Assembly: GCA_016861205.1 (NCBI GenBank)
Contig: BOKX01000001.1
Location: 8,539-72,538 of the forward strand
From: Patescibacteria group bacterium
GTDB taxonomy: Bacteria; Patescibacteriota; Microgenomatia; UBA1400; PJMF01
Direction: 5' to 3'
Length of the DNA stretch: 64,000 bases
Each line of letters opens with the position of its first letter. Positions within the stretch are counted from its first letter, which is position 1. Below are positions 17,409 to 27,981 of this stretch, piece after piece. The notes under the pieces were generated by a model that did no database searches, was not told the DNA's origin, and saw only the letters and a list, made by a program, of their open reading frames with translations. The translations under genes and the position numbers were made by a program.

Positions 17409-18917
17409 TCATGCAATCAAGTCTGTTGGAGTTCGGTACAGGGCTGCCTCAGTTACGTGTGTCTTGCTGACTGTCTTTTCCCTAGCCAAATCAGCAATAG
17501 TTCGGCTGACTCTAGCTATTTTGAGTACGGCTCGCATAGATAGTTGATAGCGGTCATGCACCTGGTGCAGTGTTGTGATGGCGTCGGCAGCAAACTGACC
17601 GAGCTCACAGAGTTGTTGCCAGCTGGCCTGACTGTTATATGTGTGTGGTAAAGATTTCCATCGCTGCCGCTGTAGCCAGTGCGCGTGCTCAATTTGCAGC
17701 TTTAACTCAATGTAATTAGGTTCTGGTTGTGGTTGCTCTAGTTCGTGAGCCTGAATGTCATCGACCCAAACTTGTAAGTCAAATCGATCTTTAAGCGCGC
17801 CTGACAATCGTTGACCATAGTTTTTTTTGGCCTGAGCTGAGCAGCGACAGACATGGTGCGCAGAGCCGACTTGTCCACATGGACAAGGATTCGCGGTAGC
17901 AATGACACAGACTTGGGCGGGATACTCAACAGAACCTTGCGTAGTTGTGATGTGAATCATGCCTCGGTCAAGAGGTGGCCTGAGTGCAGCTAAACACTGC
18001 GAACGAAATTCTGGGAGCTCATCGAGGATGAGAATGCCTCGATGTGCGAGCGATAGTTCTCCAGGTTGTAAATGATGGCCGCCCCCCAACAAAGCTGTTT
18101 GAGTAATACTGTGGTGTGGCTGTCGGATCGGTCGTTGAGTCTGAAGCTGGGTTGTTAATCCTGCGATCGAGTGTAATTTGGTAACTTCTAGGCACTCAGT
18201 TTCTGTTAATGGAGGTAGCAGCGCCGCACAGCCTTGGGCCAGCTCTGTTTTGCCACATCCTGGCGAGCCAGTGAGCAACGCGTGGTGCCAACCAGCCATA
18301 GCGATACTTAAGGCACGTTTGGCAGTTATTTGGCCGATAATACCCAGCCAAGGTTGCGTGGGTGTGCCGTGCGGTTGAAATGGTGTCGGGGAAATGATGG
18401 GAAGGGCTCGACCGAGACGTGCCCAAGCCAGAATTTCACTCAAGTGCGAGACCTCATAGAGAGTAATGTTGCTGATAATCGAGACTTCGTGGCGATTGGC
18501 TTTTGGGAGGATGACCTTTTTAAATCCCATCGATTTCGCAGCTGATGCGAGGGCTAATGCTCCTTTTACTGGCTTAATAGATCCATCCAGTGACAGTTCC
18601 CCAAGGAATAGAGTGTCGTCGGTGCTGAGTTGAACGTCGCCGTACATCTTGAGCAAACCCACGGCCATTGCCAAGTCAAAGCTGGTAGCAGTTTTATGCA
18701 AGTCGGCAGGTGCTAAGTTGATGATGGTGCGTTTGCTTCGTATTTTGAGACCACAGTTGGCTAATGCCGAGGAGATTCTTTCCCGGGCTTCGTTGACCGC
18801 TTTAGAGGGTAAGCCAATCAGGGTTAACCCGGGGATACCACGAGTTCCATTGACCTCAACCTCAATCTTAATAGGTTGCAAACCGTGGAGGGCAGCCGTA
18901 AACACTCGAGCTAACAT
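17409..18917 (-). CDS. comM: YifB/ComM Mg-chelatase-like AAA+ ATPase
   Basis: INLAPADL, FLGELSLDG, GSPGCGKT, PGELSLAHRGILILDE, NPCPCG, RVSRTIADL. Confidence 0.92.
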   Translation of the reverse strand: MLARVFTAALHGLQPIKIEVEVNGTRGIPGLTLIGLPSKAVNEARERISSALANCGLKIRSKRTIINLAPADLHKTATSFDLAMAVGLLKMYGDVQLSTDDTLFLGELSLDGSIKPVKGALALASAAKSMGFKKVILPKANRHEVSIISNITLYEVSHLSEILAWARLGRALPIISPTPFQPHGTPTQPWLGIIGQITAKRALSIAMAGWHHALLTGSPGCGKTELAQGCAALLPPLTETECLEVTKLHSIAGLTTQLQTQRPIRQPHHSITQTALLGGGHHLQPGELSLAHRGILILDELPEFRSQCLAALRPPLDRGMIHITTTQGSVEYPAQVCVIATANPCPCGQVGSAHHVCRCSAQAKKNYGQRLSGALKDRFDLQVWVDDIQAHELEQPQPEPNYIELKLQIEHAHWLQRQRWKSLPHTYNSQASWQQLCELGQFAADAITTLHQVHDRYQLSMRAVLKIARVSRTIADLAREKTVSKTHVTEAALYRTPTDLIA

Positions 18918-18986
18918 ACCCTGAGTGTACGTGGAGAAGCTTGCGTGAAGCTTTAACCAGTAGATACAACGTTTTAGAAACTTGAC

Positions 18987-19685
18987 CTATGGAAACGTAA
19001 AACTAGCCAGGATTTGAGCGTACACTGGCTCTTGATATGGGGCGTAGATGATGAAGGTGTACATGCCATCGTTAAGCATCAAGATCGCCGGTTCTTGAGT
19101 ATTTGGAAGTGGATTTGCACCAGTAGTTGATTTCGTTTTGGCATCATCGTAGTTTAACCGGTCGTACCAAATTGCTAAACCTCGTCGAGTTCCGAATTCA
19201 AGAGGGGCGACCGCCATCTTTTTGCCAAAACACTTTTTATGCTTTTCACACTCAGCAAACTCCTTGAACTTATCAGCTAAGGAGCTCTGGCTCACATCAA
19301 CATAAAATGGATAATCCTGGCAGCTATCGGGCAAACAGACTCCCAAGTTGAGCCGATACTCGTGAGCTTGGTAGTTAGGTGGATAGTATATTGAGTAGCC
19401 AACTGTGGTATTACTTTGTTGTCGCCACACTTTGGGAGGAGCGGCCATTGTAATCACGACTGGGTTATCAATAAAGTGAACATCAGGATATTGCGTACGA
19501 TCGATGGTTTCAAATGAAAGTGGGAAAGGTGAAGACAGTGGTTGAACACTCAGTTCAGGTTGGGGTTTCACCATGCTTGGGCTCAGGAATTGAGCTTGTC
19601 GCCATGACAATGCTGTTACAACGACTACGACACACAGTAGCAAGAAAAAACGAACGGTATTTTTTTTCTTATTCGATTGTCGCAT
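18987..19685 (-). CDS. Hypothetical membrane-anchored exported protein
   Basis: Basic N-terminus, one TM segment, and Cys pairs in the soluble part. Confidence 0.6.
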   Translation of the reverse strand: MRQSNKKKNTVRFFLLLCVVVVVTALSWRQAQFLSPSMVKPQPELSVQPLSSPFPLSFETIDRTQYPDVHFIDNPVVITMAAPPKVWRQQSNTTVGYSIYYPPNYQAHEYRLNLGVCLPDSCQDYPFYVDVSQSSLADKFKEFAECEKHKKCFGKKMAVAPLEFGTRRGLAIWYDRLNYDDAKTKSTTGANPLPNTQEPAILMLNDGMYTFIIYAPYQEPVYAQILASFTFP

Positions 19686-19688
19686 GAC

Positions 19689-20732
19689 TCAGGATAGCTG
19701 CGCCACTTGCTCAACTAATCGGTGGCAGTAGCCCCACTCGTTGTCGTACCAGCTGACCACTTTGACCAAGTCACCATCAACCACATTGGTGAGCGATAAG
19801 TCGACAATGGTGGACTCACTACGACCTTTGATGTCGCTAGACACCAAAGCTTCATCACTGACAGCCACGATACCGCGCCATTGATCTGACTGTGAGGCAT
19901 CAATTAAGGCTTTATTAACTTCTTCAATGGTGGTCGGCCGAGACACCAAGAACACCATATCTGACAGTGATCCCACTGGTGTAGGAACTCGGAGTGATAA
20001 CCCGTCAAACAAGCCTTTGAGCTCTGGGACAACCTCAGTAGTTGAGATGGCTGCACCTGTGGTGGTTGGCACGATGTTCATGGCAGCGGCTCGCGCTCGG
20101 CGCAAGTCTTTGTGTGAGTTGTCGTGCAGGTTTTGATCATCAGTATATGAGTGAATGGTGGTCATCATGGCTTTTTTGACGCCAAACACGGTTTGCATGA
20201 TGGCAGCGATCGGAGCCACACAGTTGGTGGTACACGAAGCATTTGAGACCACGGTCTGGCCAGCTTCAAAACGGTTAAGGCCGATGATGCCAGTCATGAC
20301 GTCTCCCCCTTTGGGCGGAGCTGAGATGATAACTTGCTTGGCGCCAGCTTGGAGATGTAGACTGGCTTTTTCCTTGGAGACGAACACGCCGGTCGACTCG
20401 ATCACGACCTCCACACCCTGTTGGGCCCAAGGTAACTTGGCTGGGTCGCGTTGGGCAGTGACCACAATTTCTTTGCCAGCCACGGTAATAACCCCGAGTA
20501 CTGGCTGGTCGTCAGTCACTTCTTTGACAGTGCGATCTTTGCGATAGGAAATCGCTTGGTTGAGCACACCGTAATTGGAGTCGTACTTGAGCAAATGGAC
20601 CCAGTCTTCGATGTCTATTGAGCCGGAAGTGTTGATCATCTTGAGATCAAGTTGGTCAGTGTGCTTTTGCAACCAAACTCGAAAGGCGGTCCGCCCAATT
20701 CGACCAAACCCATTAATGCCGAAGGTTTTCAT
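19689..20732 (-). CDS. gap: Glyceraldehyde-3-phosphate dehydrogenase, type I
   Basis: GINGFGRIGR, SNASCTTNC, WYDNEWGY. Confidence 0.98.
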   Translation of the reverse strand: MKTFGINGFGRIGRTAFRVWLQKHTDQLDLKMINTSGSIDIEDWVHLLKYDSNYGVLNQAISYRKDRTVKEVTDDQPVLGVITVAGKEIVVTAQRDPAKLPWAQQGVEVVIESTGVFVSKEKASLHLQAGAKQVIISAPPKGGDVMTGIIGLNRFEAGQTVVSNASCTTNCVAPIAAIMQTVFGVKKAMMTTIHSYTDDQNLHDNSHKDLRRARAAAMNIVPTTTGAAISTTEVVPELKGLFDGLSLRVPTPVGSLSDMVFLVSRPTTIEEVNKALIDASQSDQWRGIVAVSDEALVSSDIKGRSESTIVDLSLTNVVDGDLVKVVSWYDNEWGYCHRLVEQVAQLS

Positions 20733-20766
20733 ACGACTCCTCTGCTCTATTTCCTATACTTGGTCG

Positions 20767-21510
20767 CTACTCAGCAAACTGAGTGGTGACTTGATTACTG
20801 ACGTAGGTTCCGATGTCCTGTCCATCAACTGCTTGCGACAGATTGTTGCCTTCGAATAATTTGAACACCATCACGGCCAAGTCGTTTTCACTACACATAG
20901 CTAATGCTGCTGTGTCCATGACTTCGACACCTGGCATCGAGATAGCATCCTTGAAGGTTAAAGTCTTGAAGCGCCGAGCGTCCTTGTTTTTATTGGGGTC
21001 TTGATCGTAGATACCGTTGACTTTGGTCGCTTTCATCATCACGTCACAGTGCAGTTCCAGCGCATGCAGAGACGCGCCAGTATCGGTAGTCACATACGGC
21101 ACACCGGTGCCAGCAGCCAAAATTACTACGCGGCCTTTCTCCATGTGGCGCATGGCGCGACGGCGCACAAAGCTTTCGGCCACAGCTGGCATCTGGAGGG
21201 CTGACTGAACTCGAGTCGGAACACCGACTTTTTCCAGGGCGTCCTGAAGTGCCAACGCGTTCATGACCGTGGCTAACATACCCATGTAGTCGGCTGTGGC
21301 GCGGTCGATACCATTTTTAGAACCAGCTAAACCTCGGAAAATATTGCCGCCGCCGATGACGACCGCAATTTGCACACCTTTGACGTAAATAGACTTGATT
21401 TGGTTGGCGACTTCCAGAGCGGCTTGAGGGTCAATGCCGTATTCGCGGTCCCCCACCATTGATTCGCCACCGACTTTGAGTAAGATTCGTTTAAAGCGGG
21501 GTGCTGCCAT
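20767..21510 (-). CDS. pyrH: UMP kinase
   Basis: RILLKVGGE, GGGNIFRG, DYMGMLAT, VMDTAA. Confidence 0.97.
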   Translation of the reverse strand: MAAPRFKRILLKVGGESMVGDREYGIDPQAALEVANQIKSIYVKGVQIAVVIGGGNIFRGLAGSKNGIDRATADYMGMLATVMNALALQDALEKVGVPTRVQSALQMPAVAESFVRRRAMRHMEKGRVVILAAGTGVPYVTTDTGASLHALELHCDVMMKATKVNGIYDQDPNKNKDARRFKTLTFKDAISMPGVEVMDTAALAMCSENDLAVMVFKLFEGNNLSQAVDGQDIGTYVSNQVTTQFAE

Positions 21511-21531
21511 AAAGACCTTTCTGTGAGCTGC

Positions 21532-22578
21532 TTATTTGCCTGGTAGCAGCCGTTTCAGTTTTGTTTGTGTGCGGAGCCAAGTCCACCTGAGATTGTCTGC
21601 GATTCGGAAGATTTTGTACAGAGGGGGGTTGAGCACTAAGTCATATGTCCCCACGAACTCGACTAGGTCACCTCCATAACCCTTCTTGAAGCGATGAAAA
21701 CCGAACCATGGGTCATGTTGGTTTGGTTCGGGTCCGAGGGAACCCCACATGTCAAAAGTGTGACAGCCCTCGCGTTTGCCAAACTTAATCATCTCCCACA
21801 TCATCAAGTTACTGGCCATCACGTCACGGTGAATCGAACGCGAGGCACCGTAGGGGTAGTACAGGACACCGTTAAAGATGAACATCACCCAGCTCACGAT
21901 GACTTGGTTGTCGTAGACAGCGTGGAAAATCCGCATCATGCCAGAAGCACCCAGCGTTTGCCACATAGTGCGGAAGTACTCGGGGCCATGGGCATAAAAG
22001 CCCTGTCGGGAAGTAGTTTCCTGCAAAACCTGAACATACTGTTCCATGCCGTTATCGCTGGTGTCCTCCACAATCTGCACGCCTTTTTTGGCTGCCAAGT
22101 TGACGTTGTAGCGTGTTTTTTGATTGAGTTTTTCAAACAGCTCGTCCTCTGGGCGGGTCAAGTCTAACTGGAATGTGTAGCGAGTGAAGAGGGGTTTGCC
22201 GGGGACAGCGCCATTGGCAAGCAAAAACTCAGCAATGCGGTGGTGACCGGAGGGCGCGCCCACTTTCTGGGCTACGTTGGGTTCGAGTTTAATGAATAAA
22301 GCGTTGTGTTGCTGACCCAGTTGGCGCAGGGCAGCCAACTGTTCTTCATCCGGCATGAAACCCTTGGGGCAGTAGCCGGCGGTACCACCGATGACCGGAA
22401 TGGGATGAAACGTAACCTGAAGGCCTTTTTGCAGCCGTGCATTATCAAAGAAACCGACGCGCTCGACTTGGAGGCCAGTCTTAGCGCGAAACTCGCCCCA
22501 CTCCCAGGATTGCAGTGGGTGTTCAACAACTTGGTTGTACTGAGTGCGCTCTTGGTCTCGAAGGGGGCGAAGTAACAT
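21532..22578 (-). CDS. FemABX/MurM-family lipid II peptidyl (aminoacyl) transferase
   Basis: HPLQSWEWGEF, KTRYNVNLAAKKG, YPYGAS, NLMMWEMI, GFHRFKKGYGG. Confidence 0.88.
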   Translation of the reverse strand: MLLRPLRDQERTQYNQVVEHPLQSWEWGEFRAKTGLQVERVGFFDNARLQKGLQVTFHPIPVIGGTAGYCPKGFMPDEEQLAALRQLGQQHNALFIKLEPNVAQKVGAPSGHHRIAEFLLANGAVPGKPLFTRYTFQLDLTRPEDELFEKLNQKTRYNVNLAAKKGVQIVEDTSDNGMEQYVQVLQETTSRQGFYAHGPEYFRTMWQTLGASGMMRIFHAVYDNQVIVSWVMFIFNGVLYYPYGASRSIHRDVMASNLMMWEMIKFGKREGCHTFDMWGSLGPEPNQHDPWFGFHRFKKGYGGDLVEFVGTYDLVLNPPLYKIFRIADNLRWTWLRTQTKLKRLLPGK

Positions 22579-22646
22579 CAAGGGTATTATAGCGGGGAAT
22601 CAGGATTGTGTGTAATTCAACTCTCACACCAACTGTAACCTACGGA

Positions 22647-24569
22647 TTAACTATTCAAAAACGTATTGATATCAATCTCGCCGTGCAGCACGCCTTCCAA
22701 CTCAGCATCGTCCAAAACAATCCGGCGACCGCCAGCTTTTGGTTTGGTGGGTTGGGTGGCAGAACCTAAGAGTGGGTTGAAGTTACTACTGACCGGTTGA
22801 TCGAGCAAGCTAGGCGCTATGTCACTCAGGAATCGGCTGCGAACACTGTACTGACTGGTGCCATAGACCCAGCGACGACGGGCGTAACTGAAGTACAATC
22901 GCTCTTTGGCTCGGGTGATACCCACGTAGCACAAACGACGCTCCTCTTCCATTTGTTCAGGGTCGATCAGCGAGCGACTATGTGGCAGCAAACCTTCTTC
23001 CATGCCGACCATGAACACAACTGGGAACTCGAGACCTTTGGCCGAGTGCAAACTCATCAGGGTAATAGCTTGGGCTGGTTCGTCACTCTGGGCATCGGCC
23101 ATGACTTCATCTTGCACTAACGCCACGTTTTCCAAGAACGTGGCCACTTCTTTAAACTGACCAGCCACGTTGATCAACTCTTGCACGTTTTCAATGCGAC
23201 TGGCTTCTTCTGGGTCGCGCTCATCAAATTGATTCAGAAACTGAGTAGCCTTTATGATGGCCAACAGGAGCGGCTGAGGGGCTTGGTTTTCGACAGCGGG
23301 CTGTTCGGCCAACCAGGCTTCAAACTGCGCTAACCGGCGCTTGCCAAGCTTGGTGACTCGCTCGCGACTAACCGTGTCATCGGGGTTGAGCGTCAAGCGC
23401 AGGTATCCCAGCAGATCTTTAACTTCTTTGCGCTCGTAAAACTTAAAGCCGCCCACCAAGCGGTATGGCACCCCATGCCGGACAAAAGCTTCTTCGAACG
23501 GCCGCGACTGTGCGTTGGTGCGGTACAGTATCACTATGTCTCGATAGTCGTAAAGCGAGCGTAATCGGTCAATTTCTTGAGTAATCAGCTGAGCTTCTTC
23601 TTCGCCAGTGGCTGCTTCAAACACGCGGATTTTGTCGGCAGCGGGGTTTTCAGTCCACAGGTTCAGGACGGGATGTGAAGTAGTTTGCGAAATAACTTGG
23701 GTCGCGGCATCCAAAATAGTTTGGGTGGATCGATAGTTTTGCTCGAGCCGGTACTCCGCTACTTTGGGAAAGTCTTGCTTGAGCTGCATCATGTTGTGGT
23801 AATCAGCTCCCCGCCAGGCATAAATGCTCTGGGCGAAGTCACCCACCACGTAGACATTGTTTTGAGGTCGCGAAAAAAGCAGCGTTAATTGGTACTGTGC
23901 CTTGTTTGTATCCTGATACTCGTCCACTAAAACATGGCTCAGTTGGTCCTGGTACTTGGCGAGCACATCTTTATTTTGTTTGAGCAGCTGCACGGCCAGG
24001 ATCAAGAGGTCGTCAAAATCGACTGCTTGCTGGCGGCGGAGTTCGTTTTGGTAATAGTGATAGATGTCTGCCGCGATGCGTTGGTAGCGATTGCTGGCGA
24101 GTGACTCGTACTCCTGCCAGGACAGCAGCTCATTTTTGGCTTCTGAAATAGTAGCTTTAATGGCTTTAGGGTTAAATTCTTTGGGGTCAAAACCGTGGTC
24201 CTTGTAGACTTGTTTCAGCAAGCTGACTTGGTCATCTGTGTCATAAATAGTGTAGTTGGGTGACAGACCGAGTCGGTGACCATCATGGCGCAAGATCTTT
24301 GCTGCCAATCGGTGAAAAGTACCGGCAAACGGTAGCGCTTGGCCCGTCAACTGAGCCACGCGATGATTCATTTCTTGGGCGGCTTTGTTGGTAAAGGTAA
24401 CCAGCATGATTTCGCGTGGGTCAACTTTGCCTTGATCGATCAGCCACGCTACCCGAGTAGTCAGGACCCGGGTTTTGCCTGAGCCAGCCCCCGCCAAAAC
24501 CATGGCCGGTCCATCGGGGTGGATCACAGCTTGACGTTGATTCTCATTGAGATGTTCAAGGTACTGCAC
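22647..24569 (-). CDS. pcrA: ATP-dependent DNA helicase PcrA/UvrD with a shortened 2B region
   Basis: AGAGSGKT, VDEYQD, QSIYAWRGA, QNYRST, YRTNAQSR, HSAKGLEF, EERRLCYVGITRA. Confidence 0.93.
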   Translation of the reverse strand: MQYLEHLNENQRQAVIHPDGPAMVLAGAGSGKTRVLTTRVAWLIDQGKVDPREIMLVTFTNKAAQEMNHRVAQLTGQALPFAGTFHRLAAKILRHDGHRLGLSPNYTIYDTDDQVSLLKQVYKDHGFDPKEFNPKAIKATISEAKNELLSWQEYESLASNRYQRIAADIYHYYQNELRRQQAVDFDDLLILAVQLLKQNKDVLAKYQDQLSHVLVDEYQDTNKAQYQLTLLFSRPQNNVYVVGDFAQSIYAWRGADYHNMMQLKQDFPKVAEYRLEQNYRSTQTILDAATQVISQTTSHPVLNLWTENPAADKIRVFEAATGEEEAQLITQEIDRLRSLYDYRDIVILYRTNAQSRPFEEAFVRHGVPYRLVGGFKFYERKEVKDLLGYLRLTLNPDDTVSRERVTKLGKRRLAQFEAWLAEQPAVENQAPQPLLLAIIKATQFLNQFDERDPEEASRIENVQELINVAGQFKEVATFLENVALVQDEVMADAQSDEPAQAITLMSLHSAKGLEFPVVFMVGMEEGLLPHSRSLIDPEQMEEERRLCYVGITRAKERLYFSYARRRWVYGTSQYSVRSRFLSDIAPSLLDQPVSSNFNPLLGSATQPTKPKAGGRRIVLDDAELEGVLHGEIDINTFLNS

Positions 24570-24654
24570 AACTTGGCCATCCTATCACATTCCAGACGAG
24601 CTATGAACTCCGTGGTTATGAACTTGAGCTGAGAATCTGTGGTACTATGAGGCC

Positions 24655-25359
24655 ATGTCACAACTCATCATTGCTAACTGGAAATCAAACATGTCACAGG
24701 CCCAGGCTTTGGCCTGGTTGGAGAGTTGGGCCAAAGTATGGCAACCAGACGCAGATCAGACAGTCGTTCTGGCTGTGCCGTTTACCCTGGTAGGGGCTTT
24801 GGACTGGTTTACTGCGCATCAAACGCAGTTTTCAGCCGAGCAGCAAGCGGCCTTTAAACTGGCAGTGCAGGATCTGAGTCCCTTTCCGGCCGGAGCCTAT
24901 ACGGGGGCGATCACGACCGAAAATCTGCAAGGTTTTGCGGTGAAGTATGCCTTGGTTGGCCACTCAGAGCGCCGGCGCTACTTTCATGAAACGAACCAAG
25001 AAGTGGCGAATAAAGTTGAACAAGCTTTGGCAGTTGGGATTACGCCAGTGGTCTGTGTCGATCGAGACTACCTTACGTCTCAGGCAGCGACGTTGTCATC
25101 AAAAGAATGGGCAAAATGTGTCATCGCGTATGAGCCGTTAGAGGCTATCGGCACTGGTAGCCGGCAACCGGCAGCAGAAGTCGAGCCCGTAGTAGCTGAG
25201 ATCAAAGCCCAGTTTGGCCAAGTGCCCGTTGTGTACGGTGGCAGTGTCGATGCTGACTCAGCCGCCGAGTACGTCGGGGTGGTCGACGGTTTGCTGGTTG
25301 GTGGTCAGAGCCTTAAGCCAGATAGTTTTAACGGGATTGTGAAAAACTTTCGCAAGTAA
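24655..25359 (+). CDS. tpiA: Triosephosphate isomerase
   Basis: ANWKSN, VGHSERR, AYEPLEAIGTG, YGGSV, LVGGQSL. Confidence 0.96.
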   Translation: MSQLIIANWKSNMSQAQALAWLESWAKVWQPDADQTVVLAVPFTLVGALDWFTAHQTQFSAEQQAAFKLAVQDLSPFPAGAYTGAITTENLQGFAVKYALVGHSERRRYFHETNQEVANKVEQALAVGITPVVCVDRDYLTSQAATLSSKEWAKCVIAYEPLEAIGTGSRQPAAEVEPVVAEIKAQFGQVPVVYGGSVDADSAAEYVGVVDGLLVGGQSLKPDSFNGIVKNFRK

Positions 25360-26209
25360 GATCCCGGGCAAAGTTGCCGATATTTTCAATTGAGTCTTCT
25401 GGATCGCGCCAACTGGAACGACAGGTTTTGAGGGTGGTTTGCGTGGTCGAGACTAAGTTGACCTTCATCAGCAAGCCGCCCACAAAACCACCATCTCCCC
25501 CACCGCACTGCAGGTACACCACATTATCGGTGGTCAACTGGAGTGGATAACGACAGTTAAAGTACGGGAAACCCTGACTATTGGGAATCGTCGTGATTGC
25601 CCCGAGCACCTGATCATCTTTACCAGTTAGGGTCAAGTTAACTGTGTTAGCACCACCACCGCCACCCTGAAAAATGTTGTAGATAACGAGTTTCTGAGCG
25701 TTGTCAGTTTGGCAAAAAGCGAACTCGTCAGGGTCACGGTCTTTGGTGGCTTCGTTGATCAGGTCGGCAATTTTAAACACGGTTTCATTCTCGACGGTTA
25801 CAAGATCACCACCAACTGGGTCGATCATGGTGTACGAACCATCGATTTGTTTGGTGTAAAAGGGTGAACACGAGATAGTTTTCAGCTTGGTATCGGGCAT
25901 CTGGGTGATCTCAGTTGGCAGTGCCTGGTCAAAAAAAGTCGTGCCCTCACTGGTGGCGGTGGGCTGGAAGTATAGCCGTTTACCGCTTAACGGCAGGGGA
26001 GTAGGACTGGGTGGTGTTCCTACTAACTGCGGAACAGGTGAGCTAACCGGTGGTGCAACCGACATTGATTCAGAAAAAGGAATAGGAGCCGACAATCTTC
26101 CCAGCCAAAAACCACCAAACGCCATTGCGCCTGCACCAATCACTAAAGCGGTAACTAACTGCCAAATGGGGCGAGGTTGCTGAGGTAGATCAAAAGGTGC
26201 GTTTGTCAT
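25328..26209 (-). CDS. Hypothetical membrane-anchored exported protein
   Basis: N-terminal TM, Pro/Ser-rich linker and several Cys residues. Confidence 0.65.
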   Translation of the reverse strand: MTNAPFDLPQQPRPIWQLVTALVIGAGAMAFGGFWLGRLSAPIPFSESMSVAPPVSSPVPQLVGTPPSPTPLPLSGKRLYFQPTATSEGTTFFDQALPTEITQMPDTKLKTISCSPFYTKQIDGSYTMIDPVGGDLVTVENETVFKIADLINEATKDRDPDEFAFCQTDNAQKLVIYNIFQGGGGGANTVNLTLTGKDDQVLGAITTIPNSQGFPYFNCRYPLQLTTDNVVYLQCGGGDGGFVGGLLMKVNLVSTTQTTLKTCRSSWRDPEDSIENIGNFARDLTCESFSQSR

Positions 26210-26232
26210 GACTGCTATTCAGCATAGCATGC

Positions 26233-27975
26233 TTACTTCAGCCGATAAACCGAGTAATTTTCGGTCTGGTTGATCAATGTTCCAACCTGTGCCCAGTGGG
26301 CTGGTCTGGCTCCCCACTCTTCAAGTTCGGTTGGTCCGAGGACCACATAATCCAGATCGTACCGCTCGAGGATATCTCGATGGGCGACGGGATTTGCAAA
26401 CACGGTGCGAACATCTTGTTCGATACCTTGGTAATCGTAACCATGCGTCCAAACCCAACCGCGGTAGGCTAACATTGGTTGTCGGCCGGCCAAGTTGTAC
26501 ACCCAGTGGTTGTGCTGATCACTGGTCAGCCAGCGAGACCGAGGTTCTGTTTCCTGGCGGGCCCACTCGGCCAGTTGCCATTCTTCTGCGGAGTACAAAG
26601 TATAGCTGTGAAGATCAGTGCGCAGCACCCAGTAGGCATCCAGAGCACCAGCCGCAAACAGGCTCAACCCAATGAGGCTCAACAGGGTGAGTTTGCTGGC
26701 GCGGAAGATTTCTGCCAACCAGCCATGAGCCGGTAGCCACCACCGTTGCCAAGTGCGAGTGAGCCACCCCGCAGCTAGGCCCGAAATACCTACCGAGGCC
26801 CATACTACCAGTTTGGTGTTGTCCCAAATATAAGGTTGGAACAAAAATAGATTGATGGCTGCAAAGATAGTCCAAAAAGGCGCTATCCAGCAGGCTCTTC
26901 TCCACCAATCTTTCTTCGGCCACTGCAACCACTGCCAGCTACCCACCACCGCCAACGCAGGTACCAATCCCCAGTTCTTAAACCACCACCAGAACCAGTT
27001 CTCACCGTACTCTGTGGCGTACCAGCCCGGGTACCACGAGATGAAGTGTCTGGTGGTATGGGCAGCAAAGAAGTAAACATACAGTGGCGTGGCAACCAAA
27101 ACGGCCGGCACACCAATGGCCGCCCAGCGGTAGAACCAGGCTGGGATCTGTGCAGATTTGGTTGGCATGGTAGCTACTGCCCAACCGGCCAAAATACAAC
27201 TGACAGCCAAAAATGAGTGGGTGTGAATAATGGGTAAAATGCCCCACCCCAGACCAACCATCACTCGCAGGCCAAGCTGCCAGCGTCTGGTACGCTTAGA
27301 CAAGCGAGTCCAAGCCGTACCACGTTCCCACCGCCAGATAAGTATTAGCAGGGCCAATGCGATGGGAAAACCCAGATTAAATGCCCGCTGTGGCACGATC
27401 ATGCTGTCGATGACCGACATCCAGCGCAGACCAGCTGAGTCAAGATGTGTGTACTCGTGTTGAGGGTTGAGAATGGCCAGCCATGGTTGGCTAGCTTTGA
27501 AAACATCGTTCAAGTACCAAATAAAACCGAGCCCACCGTTACATAGAAACAGCAGCGTGGCCACTATGGTTGTCGCCTTCGACTTAAACCAGACCTGATA
27601 CCACCATCCCAGTCCCGCCACGATGGCCAATGAACCCAACCAGCTCAAAATGACAAACGAAGAGATAAATGGGACCCCGGCTCGGATGGCTACAGCCGCT
27701 AGCCAGTTAGTAATGAATGGGTAACTCAGCCGTTGATCAATCAGGAACGGGCTAGCCAAGTCACTCAAAGACACATACGCAAATCGGCTGCCCATGGTGA
27801 AATGAGCTGCCCAGTCACCCCAAATGTTAATGTGACCAGCGACAATATTGCCGGCTACATCATTCCAAAAAGCATGTGTCCAAAACCAGGAAAAATACAA
27901 AAACCAGATAGCCCAAAAAGCCACCCACCACCACGGCCACCGTTTGAGCCAGCGGTTCCCAAAATCCATCATCAT
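26233..27975 (-). CDS. Polytopic Trp-rich membrane protein, probable GT-C-fold glycosyltransferase
   Basis: Many TM segments, first-loop motif WGDWAAH..SYPF, and a C-terminal soluble domain (YDLDYVVLGPTE). Confidence 0.6.
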   Translation of the reverse strand: MMMDFGNRWLKRWPWWWVAFWAIWFLYFSWFWTHAFWNDVAGNIVAGHINIWGDWAAHFTMGSRFAYVSLSDLASPFLIDQRLSYPFITNWLAAVAIRAGVPFISSFVILSWLGSLAIVAGLGWWYQVWFKSKATTIVATLLFLCNGGLGFIWYLNDVFKASQPWLAILNPQHEYTHLDSAGLRWMSVIDSMIVPQRAFNLGFPIALALLILIWRWERGTAWTRLSKRTRRWQLGLRVMVGLGWGILPIIHTHSFLAVSCILAGWAVATMPTKSAQIPAWFYRWAAIGVPAVLVATPLYVYFFAAHTTRHFISWYPGWYATEYGENWFWWWFKNWGLVPALAVVGSWQWLQWPKKDWWRRACWIAPFWTIFAAINLFLFQPYIWDNTKLVVWASVGISGLAAGWLTRTWQRWWLPAHGWLAEIFRASKLTLLSLIGLSLFAAGALDAYWVLRTDLHSYTLYSAEEWQLAEWARQETEPRSRWLTSDQHNHWVYNLAGRQPMLAYRGWVWTHGYDYQGIEQDVRTVFANPVAHRDILERYDLDYVVLGPTELEEWGARPAHWAQVGTLINQTENYSVYRLK

Positions 27976-27981
27976 CTTAGT

